DNA of 64,000 bases from Candidatus Chazhemtobacterium aquaticus (GCF_009936135.1 NZ_CP047901.1:280984-344983), one strand, 5' to 3'; shown: positions 20,425 to 32,342, numbered from the stretch's first letter. Notes: generated from the letters alone by a model not told the origin. A program made the numbers and translations.

Positions 20425-23400
20425 ATGACCAACAATCTAAAAAATCTAATGGACTTTCAAGGACTTCAAATTAAACTTGCCTCTCCAGAGGAAATCAAGT
20501 CCTGGTCACACGGTGAAGTCACCAAACCTGAAACCATTAATTACCGCACCCTCAAACCTGAAAAAGACGGTCTGTTTTGTGAGCGCATCTTTGGACCAAC
20601 TAAAGACTGGGAGTGTTATTGTGGCAAATATAAACGCATTCGTTATCGTGGCATAGTCTGCGATAAATGTGGAGTAGAAGTTACTCTCTCTCGTGTTCGT
20701 CGCGAAAGAATGGGTCACATTTCCTTAGCTGCTCCAGTTGCCCATGTCTGGTATTTCAAAGGCACCCCGTCTACCCTTTCCCTCCTTCTTAATATCTCAC
20801 CCAAAAAACTAGCCAGCGTTGTTTATTTCTCACGATATCTTGTTCTAAATGTGGACAAAGATGAAAAGCAGAATGCTCTTAAAAAACTTGAAGATGCTCG
20901 TCAAGCTCAAAAAGACCAAATTAAATCTGATGCTGATCAACAAATTGAGACCATTAAGTCAGAGGGTAAAACTCAAGTGGAAACTCTTCGTCGCTCTATC
21001 TCCAACAAAGACGAAAAAAACCTCAAGACCGAATCTGCCAAGCTCGAGACTAAAAAGAAAATTGCCGCCACTCGCGAACAGATGGTCGCCGAACAAACCG
21101 TCACTGATAATATCTACGACACCATAGAAAGTCTTGTCAAACAAATCGAAACCAACTCCGTCTTAACCGAAGACGAATATCTCAAACTTGTCGATTACGA
21201 TGCCGCGTCCTTCCTTACTGTTGGTATGGGCGCCGAAGCCTTACTTGAAGCTGTCAAAAAAGTTAACCTTGAAGAACTTGCTAATAAACTTAAAACCATC
21301 ATCAAGGATGGGTCTGTCGGTAAAAAACTAAAAGCAACCAAACGACTTAAGGTGGTCATGGGTCTGATCAATGCTTCTGTTAGTCCCGAGTGGATGATTT
21401 TCCGCCAACTACCCGTTATTCCTCCAGACCTCCGTCCCATGGTTCAGCTTTCAGGTGGACGCTTTGCCACCTCCGACCTTAACGACCTATATCGCAGGGT
21501 CATTAATCGTAACAATCGTCTAAAACACCTTTTAAGTCTAGGTGCCCCCGAAATCATATTACGAAATGAAAAAAGAATGCTTCAGGAAGCTGTTGATGCC
21601 TTAATTGATTCCCCTCAATCGCTCGCCTCTCGTCGTACTCGTCGCACCAAACCACTTAAATCTCTTTCAGAAATGTTAAAGGGTAAACAAGGTCGTTTTC
21701 GCCAAAACTTGCTCGGTAAACGTGTTGATTACTCCGGCCGCTCAGTCATTGTCGTTGGCCCAGAACTTAGTTTGAATCAGTGCGGTATTCCCAAAGACAT
21801 GGCTCTTGAAATGTTCAAGCCCTTTGTTATGAGAGAGCTTATCGCCAAAGGTCTAGCTCCCAATGTTAAATCTGCTAAAAACTTAATCGAACACCGCATT
21901 CCTGAGGTCTATGACATCTTGGAGGAAATCACCAAAAATCATCCTGTGTTACTAAACCGTGCTCCAACTCTCCACAAGCTTTCCATTCTCGCCTTTAATC
22001 CGGTCCTTATTGAAGGCTCTGCTATTCGCCTTCATCCCGCGGTTACCGACGGTTTTAACGCTGACTTTGATGGCGACCAAATGGCTGTTCACGTACCTCT
22101 AACTAAAAAAGCCCAAGAAGAAGCCAGAAACCAAATGCTTCCACAACACAATCTACTCAAACCTTCCGTTGGTAAACCTGTTGCTATCCCTGCCAAAAAA
22201 GAGATGGCCATTGGTGTTTATTACCTCACTTCTATCGAGGAAAACCAAGAAGCCAATCAAGACACCATCTATGCTGACCCCAAAGAAGTCTTGCTTGCCT
22301 ACAATATCGGACTTCTTCATCTCCGCCAACCTGTTCAATTGCGTCTCAATGGCAAAGTAATTATTACCACCCCTGGTCGAATTATTTTCAATGAGGTGGT
22401 ACCTCAAGAGTTCGGATACATCAATGAAACTATCACTAGCTCTACTATTAAATCACTCTTTGCCAGGTCAATTAAAGAACTTGGATCCGATCGAGTTGTC
22501 AAGCTAATTGATGACATCAAAGATATAGGCTTCGAGGCAGGCACCATCTCAGGTCTCTCATTCGCCATCTCCGATAACGAACTATATCAGAAGAAACAAG
22601 CCGTTATTCAGCAAGGTAATCAACAAGTTGCCCAGGTTGAACAAAACTATGCTCAGGGACTAATCACCGACCAGGAACGACGTCGTCTCAGCAATGAAGT
22701 CTGGATGCGCATCACCGATGAGCTCTCTGACCTCACCTGGGAAACCTTCCGACCTGGCAATCCTATTCGTCTCATCATTGAGACCGGAATGGGACGTATT
22801 ACCAGAGACACTATCAAACAACTTTCCGCCATGCGCGGCTTAGTTACTGACCCCTTAGGTAATATTGTCGAATTACCTATCAAAGGTAATTATCGCGAGG
22901 GTCTTTCTATCTTTGAATATGTCAACTCCATCAGAGGTTCTAGAAAAGGCCTTATCGACACCGCTCTTAAAACAGCCGACGCTGGTTATCTTACTCGCCG
23001 ACTCGTCGACGCCTCTCACGACGCCATTATTAGAGAACAAGACTGTGGCACCAAAGATGGAATCACCATCTCTACACAAGGGCCACGTGGTGATAAATTT
23101 GCCGATCGACTTGTAGGCCGCTTCACTTTAAAGAAAATCCTTCACCCCAAAACCAAGAAACAAATCCTCTCCGCCAATCAAATTATTGATGATGAAGCAG
23201 TCAAACAAATTATTGAAGCAAATATAACCGAAGTTGAAGTTCGCTCTCCTCTAACCTGCGAATCACGTTTCGGTGTCTGTGTTCATTGCTATGGTCTAAA
23301 CTTTGCCAATCTTGAAATCACTCAAATTGGTGATCCTGTTGGAATTCTAGCTGCTCAATCCATCGGCGAACCTGGCACTCAACTTACCATGAGAACCAAA

Positions 23401-24156
23401 CACACCTCTGGCTCGGTCGGTCTAGACGTGACCCAAGGTTTACCCCGTGTTACCGAACTTCTCGAGGTCAGAACACCTAAAAACCTCTCACCCATTGCCG
23501 AAGTTGCTGGTAAAGCCAAAATTCTTGAGACTGACTCTGGCTACCGTATTACTATTACTCCTACCATTGGTGGTAAGGATCAACGCCGCGAGTATCTTGT
23601 ACCCCTCACCTCAGTTCTTAATATTGAAGATGGTCAGCTCGTGCCAGCCGGTCACCCACTCGCCTCAGGCAACCTAGACGTTAAACAAGTTCTTAAGGTT
23701 AAAGGTCTCCGTGCCGCTCAAGAATATCTCGTTAATGAAGCTCAGCGAGTCTATGAATCTCAAGGTATTCCTATCAAGGACAAACACTTTGAGGTTATTG
23801 TCAAGAAAATGTCGGACAAGGTTAAAATCGAAACCCCAGGTGATACGGATCTACTGCCCGGACAGGTTGTTAGCCGAGGTCGCTTTGACGCTATCAATGA
23901 AAGTGTCATCGCCGAAGGTGGCCAGCCAGCCACAGCAGGTGTTCTAATCTTAGGTCTAATTCAATCCTCCCTTTACACCGAATCATGGCTATCATCCGCT
24001 TCCTTCCAAGACACAACCAAGGTTCTTACTCGTGCCGCTATCGAAGGGGACACTGATCCACTCCTCGGTATGAAAGAAAACGTTATCATTGGTCGTCTTA
24101 TTCCCACCAATGCCGAACGTGCCGAAATTAAAGACGGTTTGCTCGTTAACCAATAA
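20425..24156 (+). CDS. rpoC: DNA-directed RNA polymerase beta' subunit
   Basis: Zn finger CYC...[23 protein letters not shown]. Confidence 0.99.
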   Translation: MTNNLKNLMDFQGLQIKLASPEEIKSWSHGEVTKPETINYRTLKPEKDGLFCERIFGPTKDWECYCGKYKRIRYRGIVCDKCGVEVTLSRVRRERMGHISLAAPVAHVWYFKGTPSTLSLLLNISPKKLASVVYFSRYLVLNVDKDEKQNALKKLEDARQAQKDQIKSDADQQIETIKSEGKTQVETLRRSISNKDEKNLKTESAKLETKKKIAATREQMVAEQTVTDNIYDTIESLVKQIETNSVLTEDEYLKLVDYDAASFLTVGMGAEALLEAVKKVNLEELANKLKTIIKDGSVGKKLKATKRLKVVMGLINASVSPEWMIFRQLPVIPPDLRPMVQLSGGRFATSDLNDLYRRVINRNNRLKHLLSLGAPEIILRNEKRMLQEAVDALIDSPQSLASRRTRRTKPLKSLSEMLKGKQGRFRQNLLGKRVDYSGRSVIVVGPELSLNQCGIPKDMALEMFKPFVMRELIAKGLAPNVKSAKNLIEHRIPEVYDILEEITKNHPVLLNRAPTLHKLSILAFNPVLIEGSAIRLHPAVTDGFNADFDGDQMAVHVPLTKKAQEEARNQMLPQHNLLKPSVGKPVAIPAKKEMAIGVYYLTSIEENQEANQDTIYADPKEVLLAYNIGLLHLRQPVQLRLNGKVIITTPGRIIFNEVVPQEFGYINETITSSTIKSLFARSIKELGSDRVVKLIDDIKDIGFEAGTISGLSFAISDNELYQKKQAVIQQGNQQVAQVEQNYAQGLITDQERRRLSNEVWMRITDELSDLTWETFRPGNPIRLIIETGMGRITRDTIKQLSAMRGLVTDPLGNIVELPIKGNYREGLSIFEYVNSIRGSRKGLIDTALKTADAGYLTRRLVDASHDAIIREQDCGTKDGITISTQGPRGDKFADRLVGRFTLKKILHPKTKKQILSANQIIDDEAVKQIIEANITEVEVRSPLTCESRFGVCVHCYGLNFANLEITQIGDPVGILAAQSIGEPGTQLTMRTKHTSGSVGLDVTQGLPRVTELLEVRTPKNLSPIAEVAGKAKILETDSGYRITITPTIGGKDQRREYLVPLTSVLNIEDGQLVPAGHPLASGNLDVKQVLKVKGLRAAQEYLVNEAQRVYESQGIPIKDKHFEVIVKKMSDKVKIETPGDTDLLPGQVVSRGRFDAINESVIAEGGQPATAGVLILGLIQSSLYTESWLSSASFQDTTKVLTRAAIEGDTDPLLGMKENVIIGRLIPTNAERAEIKDGLLVNQ

Positions 24157-24175
24157 CCTGATAAAATTTGCCCCT

Positions 24176-24613
24176 ATGCCAACCATTAATCAACTTATCC
24201 GCCGACCTAGAAAGCAAAAGGCCAACAAAGTTAAAGCAGCTGCACTTAGACGCTCATATAACGCGGCCAAGAGACGTCAGGTCAAAACTACCAACCCTCA
24301 AAAAAGAGGTGTCTGTATTCAGGTCAAAACCATGACCCCCAAAAAACCTAACTCAGCTCTCCGTAAAGTAGCCCGTGTCCGCTTAAGTAACCGTCAAGAA
24401 GTAACCGCCTACATTCCCGGAGAGGGCCACAATCTTGCCGAGCACTCAATCGTCCTTGTTCGTGGAGGTCGTGTCAAAGACTTACCTGGTGTTAAGTACC
24501 ATATTGTTCGTGGTGTCTATGATTGCGCCGGCGTTGAAGGTCGTAAAAAAGCTCGCAGCAAATACGGCGCTCGTCGCGCTGGATCAAACAGTCAAACAGC
24601 CTCAGCAGAATAA
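24176..24613 (+). CDS. rpsL: 30S ribosomal protein uS12
   Basis: [25 protein letters not shown]; start at ATG 24176. Confidence 0.99.
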   Translation: MPTINQLIRRPRKQKANKVKAAALRRSYNAAKRRQVKTTNPQKRGVCIQVKTMTPKKPNSALRKVARVRLSNRQEVTAYIPGEGHNLAEHSIVLVRGGRVKDLPGVKYHIVRGVYDCAGVEGRKKARSKYGARRAGSNSQTASAE

Positions 24614-24616
24614 CAT

Positions 24617-25093
24617 ATGAGAACAAATAAGAACCTAAAACGTACCATCGCCCCTGACCCCGTCTACAATAACCGCCTGATAGCCAAGCTTATCAATCGA
24701 AGTATGCTAGACGGCAGAAAAACTGTCGCCTCCACCCAAGTTTACAAAGCTCTGGAAATCGTCCAGTCAAAAACTAAAAAGGACGCTCTTGAAACTTTTC
24801 GCAACGCTCTTGAAAACATCAAGCCCCAGCTCGAAGTTAGGACTCGCCGAATCGGTGGTGCCGCTTACCAAGTCCCCACTCCGGTTAAAGGTGATCGCAA
24901 AGAAACCCTAGCTATTCGCTGGTTAGTTAATGCTGCCAGGCAAAGGTCCAACTCCACCTACCACACCTATGCAGACAAGCTTGCCGCCGAAATTCTTGAT
25001 GCCCTTAACAACGAAGGTTCTGCCATCAAGAAAAAACTAGACACCCACAAAATGGCCGAAGCTAACAAGGCCTTTGCCCACTTTAGATGGTAA
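24617..25093 (+). CDS. rpsG: 30S ribosomal protein uS7
   Basis: RRIGGAAYQVP, HKMAEANKAFAHFRW. Confidence 0.99.
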   Translation: MRTNKNLKRTIAPDPVYNNRLIAKLINRSMLDGRKTVASTQVYKALEIVQSKTKKDALETFRNALENIKPQLEVRTRRIGGAAYQVPTPVKGDRKETLAIRWLVNAARQRSNSTYHTYADKLAAEILDALNNEGSAIKKKLDTHKMAEANKAFAHFRW

Positions 25094-25166
25094 TCCAAAT
25101 CCCATCGTTTTATACTTTTCCCAACGTTTAACGTCTCGTTTTATCAACGCTATTCTGACGCTCAAT

Positions 25167-25203
25167 AAAAAAACGGCCAGTCATCTTCATATAACCGGCC
25201 GTT
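25167..25203 (-). terminator. Intrinsic terminator on the - strand
   Basis: AACGGCCGGTTAT-atgaag-ATGACTGGCCGTT followed by a T run on the - strand. Confidence 0.75.
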
Positions 25204-25220
25204 AGCCTTTCTCCCTTCAT

Positions 25221-25373
25221 TTACTTCCTGTCGTCTTTTTCCTCCGGCTTTTGGCCAAAGTTAAGCCTCATCTCTTCTGACCAGCGGTCCGGATTGGCTC
25301 TCACCACAGCCTGCATGGTCCGGACGATCACACCAATCGGATCAGGTTTCTGATCACTCTGCTTTTGAGTCAT
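25221..25373 (-). CDS. 50-aa hypothetical protein (MTQKQSDQKPDPIGVIVRTMQAVVRANPDRWSEEMRLNFGQKPEEKDDRK)
   Basis: Not in the ORF track; AAAAGGAG 6 nt before the ATG, TGGTATAAT upstream, terminator downstream. Confidence 0.65.
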   Translation of the reverse strand: MTQKQSDQKPDPIGVIVRTMQAVVRANPDRWSEEMRLNFGQKPEEKDDRK

Positions 25374-25486
25374 CACAAACTCCTTTTCAAAGTAAACCAA
25401 CGATACCTAAATTATACCACCCCATAACTATCAAGCATTTACCACCCAGCATAGAATATGTTAAAATTAACCCCCAGTTAAGGCTT

Positions 25487-25511
25487 GCTGCCTATCCGGC
25501 AGCTTTTATTT
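25487..25511 (+). terminator. Terminator-like hairpin in the fusA leader
   Basis: GCTGCC-tatcc-GGCAGC followed by TTTTATTT, downstream of TGtTAAAAT (about 25459-25467). Confidence 0.5.
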
Positions 25512-25539
25512 GTCCTAATTTACATAAAAAAACCTAAAG

Positions 25540-27681
25540 ATGGCTACCAAACAAGACCAAACTCTTGATCTTAATAATATTCGTAATATCGGTATTATTG
25601 CCCATATTGACGCTGGAAAAACTACCACTACTGAGCGAATCCTTTTCTATACCGGTAAGTCCTACAAAATTGGCAACATCGACGAGGGTGATACTCAAAT
25701 GGACTGGATGGAGCAAGAAAAAGAGCGGGGTATTACCATCATGTCAGCTGCCACCACCACTTTTTGGACTGCTGCCCTTGATAAAGCACTTAATAAAAAC
25801 AAGACCCGCATCAATATTATCGATACCCCCGGCCACGTCGATTTTACTGCCGAAGTCGAACGCTCTCTAAGAGTTCTTGATGGAGGTGTCGTCATTCTCG
25901 ATGCCGGTTCAGGAGTTCAATCTCAAACAGAGACTGTCTGGCGCCAAGCTGACAAATATCACGTTCCTCGAGTGGCCTTCGTTAACAAAATGGACGTGTT
26001 AGGCGCTGATTTTCATGCCACTATCAAGGATGTTCACGAAAAACTAGGCAGTAAAACTGCCATCATGGCTCTCCCCATCGGAGCCGAGAATCAGTTTAAA
26101 GGTGTCATCCTACTTCTTGAACGCCAATCTTTAATTTGGGAAAGTGATGAAACAGGCGCCAGTTACACCGTCTCCGACAACATACCTGAAGACATGAAAG
26201 CAGAGGTTGAGGCTCATAGAGCTGCTTTAATTGAACAAATTTGTGAGCTTAATGACTCACTTCTTGAACAATATCTAGAAGGCAAAGAACCATCCATTGA
26301 AGACCTGAAGAAAGCTCTACGTCAAGCCACCATTGCCAACCAGATCGTACCCGTTTACCCCGGATCATCCTTGAGAAACAAAGGTGTTCAACCTCTTCTT
26401 GATGCAGTCGTAGATTTCCTCCCCAGCCCATTCGACGTACCTCCTGTCACTGGAATTAACCCAAACGATGAATCTCAACAGATAGTTAGAAAGCCAGACC
26501 CAGACGCCTCTGTTACTGCCTTAGCTTTCAAGATTCAGGCTGATCCCCACGTTGGACGCCTCACCTATATTCGTGTCTACTCCGGGACTATTAAGTCAGG
26601 TTCATACATATATAACTCAACCAAGAAAGAAAAAGAACGTATTGGACGTCTTCTTTTAATGCACGCCAACACTCGAGAGGAGATCAGTGAAGCTAAGGCT
26701 GGTGAAATTGTCGCCGCCGTCGGCCTTAAAGCCACGGGCACTGGTGACACCCTATGTGATGAAAACTCTGTCCTAGTTCTTGAGTCAATCTCTTTCCCAG
26801 AACCAGTCATATCACTTGCCATCGAACCTAAAACCAAAGCCGACCAAGAAAAATTGGGCTTAGCTCTTTCTCGCCTTTCTGACGAAGACCCAACTTTTCA
26901 AATTAGAACTGATCCAACCACTGGACAAACCCTGATCCGTGGTATGGGTGAGCTGCATCTGGAGATTATTGTTGACCGTCTCAAAAGAGAATTCAAAGTC
27001 GATGCAAACACCGGACAGCCTCAAGTTGCATACAAAGAAACCATTACCAAAGAATCGGAGGGTGAAGGCAAGTACATCCGTCAATCAGGTGGCCGTGGGC
27101 AATATGGTCACTGCCTGATTCGCATCCGTCCTCTTCCTCGGAGTGAGGGTCGTAAATTCCTCAACAAAATTGTCGGTGGTGCCATTCCAAGAGAATTTAT
27201 TTCCCCGGTCGAAAAAGGTGTCGCAGAAGCACAGGACAACGGCGTTATTGCCGGTTATCCTCTCACCGATGTCGAGGTCGAACTCTACGATGGTTCATAT
27301 CATGAAGTAGACTCATCCGAAGTAGCTTTCAAGATAGCTGGATCAATGGCTCTCCAAGACGCAGTCAAGAAAGCCAGTCCTGTATTACTCGAGCCTATTA
27401 TGAAAGTCGAAGTAACCACCCCTGAAGAGTTCATGGGTGACATCATTGGTGATCTATCCTCCAGGCGTGCTCAAATTCTTGGTAACGATCAACGTGGCAA
27501 TGCTAGAGTCATAACCTCATTAGTTCCACTCTCTGAGCTTGGTCGTTACGCCACCGACATTCGTTCCATGTCACAAGGACGAGCTAACTACTACATGGAG
27601 CCTCACACCTACGAAATTGTGCCAGATAATATCGCCCAAACTTTAATTAAACGTCCCGTTGGCGAATCCACAGAAAAATGA
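25540..27681 (+). CDS. fusA: Elongation factor G
   Basis: [33 protein letters not shown]. Confidence 0.99.
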   Translation: MATKQDQTLDLNNIRNIGIIAHIDAGKTTTTERILFYTGKSYKIGNIDEGDTQMDWMEQEKERGITIMSAATTTFWTAALDKALNKNKTRINIIDTPGHVDFTAEVERSLRVLDGGVVILDAGSGVQSQTETVWRQADKYHVPRVAFVNKMDVLGADFHATIKDVHEKLGSKTAIMALPIGAENQFKGVILLLERQSLIWESDETGASYTVSDNIPEDMKAEVEAHRAALIEQICELNDSLLEQYLEGKEPSIEDLKKALRQATIANQIVPVYPGSSLRNKGVQPLLDAVVDFLPSPFDVPPVTGINPNDESQQIVRKPDPDASVTALAFKIQADPHVGRLTYIRVYSGTIKSGSYIYNSTKKEKERIGRLLLMHANTREEISEAKAGEIVAAVGLKATGTGDTLCDENSVLVLESISFPEPVISLAIEPKTKADQEKLGLALSRLSDEDPTFQIRTDPTTGQTLIRGMGELHLEIIVDRLKREFKVDANTGQPQVAYKETITKESEGEGKYIRQSGGRGQYGHCLIRIRPLPRSEGRKFLNKIVGGAIPREFISPVEKGVAEAQDNGVIAGYPLTDVEVELYDGSYHEVDSSEVAFKIAGSMALQDAVKKASPVLLEPIMKVEVTTPEEFMGDIIGDLSSRRAQILGNDQRGNARVITSLVPLSELGRYATDIRSMSQGRANYYMEPHTYEIVPDNIAQTLIKRPVGESTEK

Positions 27682-27791
27682 TAAAATACACAGTTGCAAA
27701 AGCTAAATTAGCAATTAAGTAATTAAACTAACTAGTTAGCAGAAGAAGAAAAAAATTTAGTACTTCTAACTACTAACTACTCCAAATCAAA

Positions 27792-28967
27792 ATGGCTACA
27801 TTTGATCGAAGCAAACCTCACGTTAACATTGGCACCATTGGTCATGTCGACCATGGTAAAACCACCCTTACCGCCGCTATTACCCAAACACTTTCAAAAG
27901 ATGGTCTGGCTCAAGCTATGGCCTTCGACCAAATTGACAACTCACCTGAAGAAAAACAGCGTGGTGTTACTATCAACATTTCCCACGTTGAGTATGAAAC
28001 CAAGAATCGCCATTATGCTCACATTGACGCTCCTGGTCACGCTGACTATATCAAGAACATGATTACTGGAGCTGCTCAAATGGACGGAGCCATTCTCGTT
28101 ATTGCTGCCACTGATGGTCCTATGCCTCAAACCAAAGAGCACCTTCTTTTGGCCAAGCAAGTTAATGTTCCCAAGTTGGTCGTTGCTTTAAACAAAGTTG
28201 ACGCAGTTTCTGACCCAGAACTTCTTGATCTGGTCGAAATGGAAATCAAAGAACTTCTCGCCAAATATGAATATGAAGAGGACACTCCTGTAGTTAGAGT
28301 CTCCGCCCTCAAGGCTTTAGAAGGCGACGCAGAAGCTCAAGCAGGTATTAACAAACTTATGGAAGCTGTTGACACCTGGATCCCCACCCCTGAACGTGAA
28401 CTAGACAAGCCTTTCTTAATGCCTGTTGAGGACGTTTTCTCCATCAAAGGTCGTGGCACTGTTGTTACCGGTCGTATTGAGCGTGGTCAAATCAAAATTG
28501 GCGACGAAATCGAGATCATTGGTATCAAAGATACTAAGAAAACAGTCGTTACCGGAATTGAAATGTTCCATAAACAACTTGAATCCGGTCAGGCTGGAGA
28601 CAACGCCGGCGTTCTTCTTCGCGGTGTTGAAAAAGACGACATTGAGCGAGGCCAAGTTCTTGCCAAACCAGGATCTGTTACCCCTCACGCCGAATTTGAG
28701 GCTGAAGCTATTATCCTAAGCAAAGAAGAAGGCGGTCGTCACACACCCCTATTCACTGGCTATAAACCTCAATTCTATGTCCGCACCACCGATGTTACTG
28801 GAGAGCTTACCCTTCCCGAAGGTGTTGAGATGGTCATGCCAGGAGACAGTACCAAGATGACCGTCAAGCTCATCACCCCCGTTGCTATGGAAGAGGGCTT
28901 AAGGTTTGCCATCCGCGAGGGAGGAAAAACCGTTGGTGCTGGTGTCATCACCAAGATCATTAAGTAA
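27792..28967 (+). CDS. tuf: Elongation factor Tu
   Basis: [28 protein letters not shown]. Confidence 0.99.
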   Translation: MATFDRSKPHVNIGTIGHVDHGKTTLTAAITQTLSKDGLAQAMAFDQIDNSPEEKQRGVTINISHVEYETKNRHYAHIDAPGHADYIKNMITGAAQMDGAILVIAATDGPMPQTKEHLLLAKQVNVPKLVVALNKVDAVSDPELLDLVEMEIKELLAKYEYEEDTPVVRVSALKALEGDAEAQAGINKLMEAVDTWIPTPERELDKPFLMPVEDVFSIKGRGTVVTGRIERGQIKIGDEIEIIGIKDTKKTVVTGIEMFHKQLESGQAGDNAGVLLRGVEKDDIERGQVLAKPGSVTPHAEFEAEAIILSKEEGGRHTPLFTGYKPQFYVRTTDVTGELTLPEGVEMVMPGDSTKMTVKLITPVAMEEGLRFAIREGGKTVGAGVITKIIK

Positions 28968-28983
28968 ACAAATATTAACAAAC

Positions 28984-29017
28984 ACTTAAAGAGCGATCAT
29001 CACGATCGCTCTTAAGT
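28984..29017 (+). promoter_or_regulatory. Strong hairpin between tuf and rpsJ (no U tract)
   Basis: ACTTAAaGAGCGATC-atcac-GATCGCTCTTAAGT. Confidence 0.55.
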
Positions 29018-29029
29018 CTAAATCATAAA

Positions 29030-29341
29030 GTGGCCGACAAAACTCGCATTCGTGTCCGTTTAAAATCTTTTGACCATCGTGTCATAGATGAAGCGGCCGT
29101 CAAAATCATCCAGACGGCTCTCGCCACCGGGGCTCAAGTAGTTGGTCCTGTCCCTTTACCGACCCGTAAAAAAGGTATTACCGTCAACACTAGTCCGCAC
29201 ACCGACAAAAATGCTCGTGAGCACTTCGCCATCCTCACTCACAAGCGACTCATTGATATCGTCTCACCTACTAATAAGACGATAGATTCTTTAATGCATC
29301 TCGAACTGCCGGCCGGCGTTGGTATCGAGATCAAGATGTAA
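29030..29341 (+). CDS. rpsJ: 30S ribosomal protein uS10
   Basis: [29 protein letters not shown]. Confidence 0.98.
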   Translation: MADKTRIRVRLKSFDHRVIDEAAVKIIQTALATGAQVVGPVPLPTRKKGITVNTSPHTDKNAREHFAILTHKRLIDIVSPTNKTIDSLMHLELPAGVGIEIKM

Positions 29342-29423
29342 CCTTGATGGTCAAAAACAACTGCCTATCAAAAACCATATCACGACATCAGTCATAAAAG
29401 CTGGCCATAGCTATACGAAAATT

Positions 29424-29446
29424 AACCCCGTATAGCGGGGTTTTTT
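29424..29446 (+). terminator. Intrinsic terminator between rpsJ and rplC overlapping an alternative stem
   Basis: AACCCCG-tatag-CGGGGTT plus T tract; GCTATACG (29410-17) is the exact reverse complement of CGTATAGC (29429-36). Confidence 0.75.
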
Positions 29447-29508
29447 GTTAAACAAAATATATTTAAATATACAAATATTTAAGCAATCTTAAACTATATT
29501 ACATAGTC

Positions 29509-30165
29509 ATGATTACCGAAATCTACACCATCAAATCTCATATGACTCAAGCCTTCATTGACGGTAAGAGAGTTCCTGTGACCATTCTTAAGCTTCCTAC
29601 TCAAGTAGTCTCGCAAATAAAAACAGTCGACAAGGATGGATATTACTCGCTCCAGCTGTCGATAGACCAAAAGAACAAATCTCCCCAAAAGTCACTCTTA
29701 ACTCATCTTAAAAAAGCCAAGCTAACCAAACAGCCAAAATGGTTTCGTGAGATCAGACTAGACCAGGAACCCCAGCTTAAAGTAGGGGAGAGTCTTCCCA
29801 TTGATAAAATTATTGCCCCTGGAGACACCGTCTCTGTGACTGGCATCTCTATTGGTAAGGGGTTTGCGGGGGTCATGAAGCGTTTTGGCTTTGCTGGTGG
29901 CCCCAAGACCCATGGACAATCGGACAGGAGCCGCGCTCCTGGCTCTATTGGTCGTGGTACCACTCCCGGTCGCGTTCTACCTGGTAAAAAAATGCCCGGA
30001 CACCTCGGTGCCAGTACCGCTGTCACCAAAAACCTAACTGTTCTCGCAGTTGACCTTGATAAAAACCAGTTATCTGTTTCTGGGCCAGTTCCTGGAGCAA
30101 AAAAACAACTTCTTAAGCTAACCGTCACCCGCAAAGGAAAAGATACCAATCAACCTAAAGAATAA
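29509..30165 (+). CDS. rplC: 50S ribosomal protein uL3
   Basis: GKGFAGVMKR, THGQSDR.RAPGSIG, KKMPG. Confidence 0.98.
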   Translation: MITEIYTIKSHMTQAFIDGKRVPVTILKLPTQVVSQIKTVDKDGYYSLQLSIDQKNKSPQKSLLTHLKKAKLTKQPKWFREIRLDQEPQLKVGESLPIDKIIAPGDTVSVTGISIGKGFAGVMKRFGFAGGPKTHGQSDRSRAPGSIGRGTTPGRVLPGKKMPGHLGASTAVTKNLTVLAVDLDKNQLSVSGPVPGAKKQLLKLTVTRKGKDTNQPKE

Positions 30166-30167
30166 TC

Positions 30168-30896
30168 ATGTCATCAGCAAATCTATACAACCATACTGGC
30201 AAAAAAGCTGCCAAACCCATCACCCTTCCTAAAGCAGTTTTTGCCGCCAAAATAAATCACCAGCTCATCGCTCAGGCGGTTCACGTCTTTCGTTCTAATC
30301 AATCACAGCACAACTCTGTAGTCCAGACCAGAGGCGATGTTTCGTTAACCACCGCCAAAGTCTATCGTCAAAAGGGTACTGGGAATGCTCGTCACGGCGC
30401 CAAATCAGCTCCCATTTTTGTTGGTGGAGGTGTTGCTCACGGCCCCAAATCAGCCAAGCCAGCTCGCAAGAAGCTCAACACTAAAATGCGTCGCCAAAGC
30501 CTTATTAGTGCCCTTACCCATCTAGCTCAGAATCAAGCAGTCTCCCTTGTTGCCGATCTAGAAAAGCTTTCGCCCAAAACCAAGGATCTCCACAGTCTTC
30601 TATCCCAAATCCTTCCTGATCCAACTACTAAGACTCTAATTCTCATCAACAAACCCTACCCCAATCTTCTCCAAGCCGCTAACAACATAAACAATCTTCA
30701 CATTACTCGTTTTAACCATACCAATATCCACCAGATAACCAGCACCCATCACCTCATCCTCGATCAGGAAGCTCTAGATCCTCTTACTCTGTGGCTGACT
30801 CATGATAAAAAGCCACTCGCCACATCAGCATCCTCAAATATATCGTCCGCCAAAAACAAATCATCAAAAACCTCTAAATCACCATCTACTAAATAA
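30168..30896 (+). CDS. rplD: 50S ribosomal protein uL4 with Lys/Ser-rich C-terminal extension
   Basis: RQKGTGNARHG, GGGVAHGPK. Confidence 0.98.
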   Translation: MSSANLYNHTGKKAAKPITLPKAVFAAKINHQLIAQAVHVFRSNQSQHNSVVQTRGDVSLTTAKVYRQKGTGNARHGAKSAPIFVGGGVAHGPKSAKPARKKLNTKMRRQSLISALTHLAQNQAVSLVADLEKLSPKTKDLHSLLSQILPDPTTKTLILINKPYPNLLQAANNINNLHITRFNHTNIHQITSTHHLILDQEALDPLTLWLTHDKKPLATSASSNISSAKNKSSKTSKSPSTK

Positions 30897-30907
30897 ACTC
30901 TATTTAC

Positions 30908-31186
30908 ATGATAATCAAAAAACCACTTATCACTGAAAAAACTCTAAAAGAAACGGCCCTCAACCGTTACACTTTCTTAGTTGACCCACAAGCCACAAAA
31001 GGCCAAATTAAATCAGAAGTAGAGTCTCTGTTCAAGGTCAATGTGGTTGGTGTCAAAACCTCACTTTATAAGCCACGCCGTTTTCGTTCCGCTAGAACTG
31101 GCCACTACCGCCAGTCTCGATCCTACAAAAAGGCTATTGTTGAGCTAAAACCCAAGCAATCTATTAAATACTTCGAAACAAAATAA
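30908..31186 (+). CDS. rplW: 50S ribosomal protein uL23
   Basis: PLITEK, YTFLVD..ATK.QIK, YKKAIV. Confidence 0.97.
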   Translation: MIIKKPLITEKTLKETALNRYTFLVDPQATKGQIKSEVESLFKVNVVGVKTSLYKPRRFRSARTGHYRQSRSYKKAIVELKPKQSIKYFETK

Positions 31187-31187
31187 T

Positions 31188-32024
31188 ATGGCCTCAGAAT
31201 ACTACAAACCCACCACCCCAGGAGTTCGTCACCGCACTCGCTCTAAGCAAAAACTTTCCAAGACAAAACTTATCAAAAAACTCCGTCGGATCAACAAAAA
31301 CTATGCTGGACGCAATAATTCTGGTAAAATTACTATCCGACACCGAGGCGGTCGTCAAAAACGCTTTTTGCGTCTCATAGATTTTAAGCGAGACGCCTTC
31401 GAGATACCCGCTAAAGTAAATACGATTGAGTATGATCCCAATCGTTCGGCCAATATTGCCCTTCTACATTACCAAAATGGCGACAAACGCTACATTATTG
31501 CCCCTGACGGATTAAAGATAGGTCAAACCGTTATTTCGAGCAAGGAAAATGCCGAAATTGAACCGGGTAACACATTACCTCTAAATAAAATCCCGGTTGG
31601 CACCCCAATTCACAACCTCGAACTAACCCCTGGAAAAGGAGGCCAGATTATCCGTTCAGCTGGAGCCGCTGCCTATATTCAAGACAAAGAAGACCGATTT
31701 GTCAGCATCAAGCTTCCTTCAGGTGAAACCCGCCGTTTCCCCGCCATTTCCATGGCCACCATTGGTCAGGTAAGTAATCCAGACCACAAAAACCGAAAAC
31801 TCGGTAAAGCTGGTCGACGCCGCCTCATGGGTTGGCGCCCTTCAGTCCGTGGTGTTGCCATGCATCCAGGCGCACACCCACATGGTGGAGGAGAAGGTCG
31901 CTCTGGTATTGGTATGAACTCACCCAAGAGTCCTTGGGGCAAGCGAACACTAGGTAAAAAAACCCGTAAAGTTAAAAAATACTCAACAAAGGATATTATT
32001 AAAGACCGTCGGTCTAAAAAATAA
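31188..32024 (+). CDS. rplB: 50S ribosomal protein uL2
   Basis: [31 protein letters not shown]. Confidence 0.99.
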   Translation: MASEYYKPTTPGVRHRTRSKQKLSKTKLIKKLRRINKNYAGRNNSGKITIRHRGGRQKRFLRLIDFKRDAFEIPAKVNTIEYDPNRSANIALLHYQNGDKRYIIAPDGLKIGQTVISSKENAEIEPGNTLPLNKIPVGTPIHNLELTPGKGGQIIRSAGAAAYIQDKEDRFVSIKLPSGETRRFPAISMATIGQVSNPDHKNRKLGKAGRRRLMGWRPSVRGVAMHPGAHPHGGGEGRSGIGMNSPKSPWGKRTLGKKTRKVKKYSTKDIIKDRRSKK

Positions 32025-32035
32025 CTAAAACAATC

Positions 32036-32320
32036 ATGAGCCGTAGTAATAAAAAAGGACCATATGTTGACGAGAAGCTGCTCAAAAAAGTTAGCGCTCA
32101 AAAACAATCTGCTAAAAAAGAATCGATAAAAACCTGGGCCCGAGACAGTCAAATTCCGCCAGAATTTGTTGGTCACACCTTTTTAGTTCACAATGGCAAG
32201 ATCTTTCACGAAGTCTTCGTGACCGAAGCCATGGTAGGTCACCGGCTCGGTGAATTCTCACCCACTCGGACTTTCCATGGACACGGTAAGATGACCAAAC
32301 GAGTTATCAGTAAAACTTAA
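32036..32320 (+). CDS. rpsS: 30S ribosomal protein uS19
   Basis: [24 protein letters not shown]. Confidence 0.98.
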   Translation: MSRSNKKGPYVDEKLLKKVSAQKQSAKKESIKTWARDSQIPPEFVGHTFLVHNGKIFHEVFVTEAMVGHRLGEFSPTRTFHGHGKMTKRVISKT

Positions 32321-32342
32321 AAAAACATATTTACAAGCTAAG

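Noticed and set aside
27725-27782. CTAACTA repeats and a weak stem between fusA and tuf
   Set aside because: Short, AT-rich and imperfect; cannot be distinguished from chance
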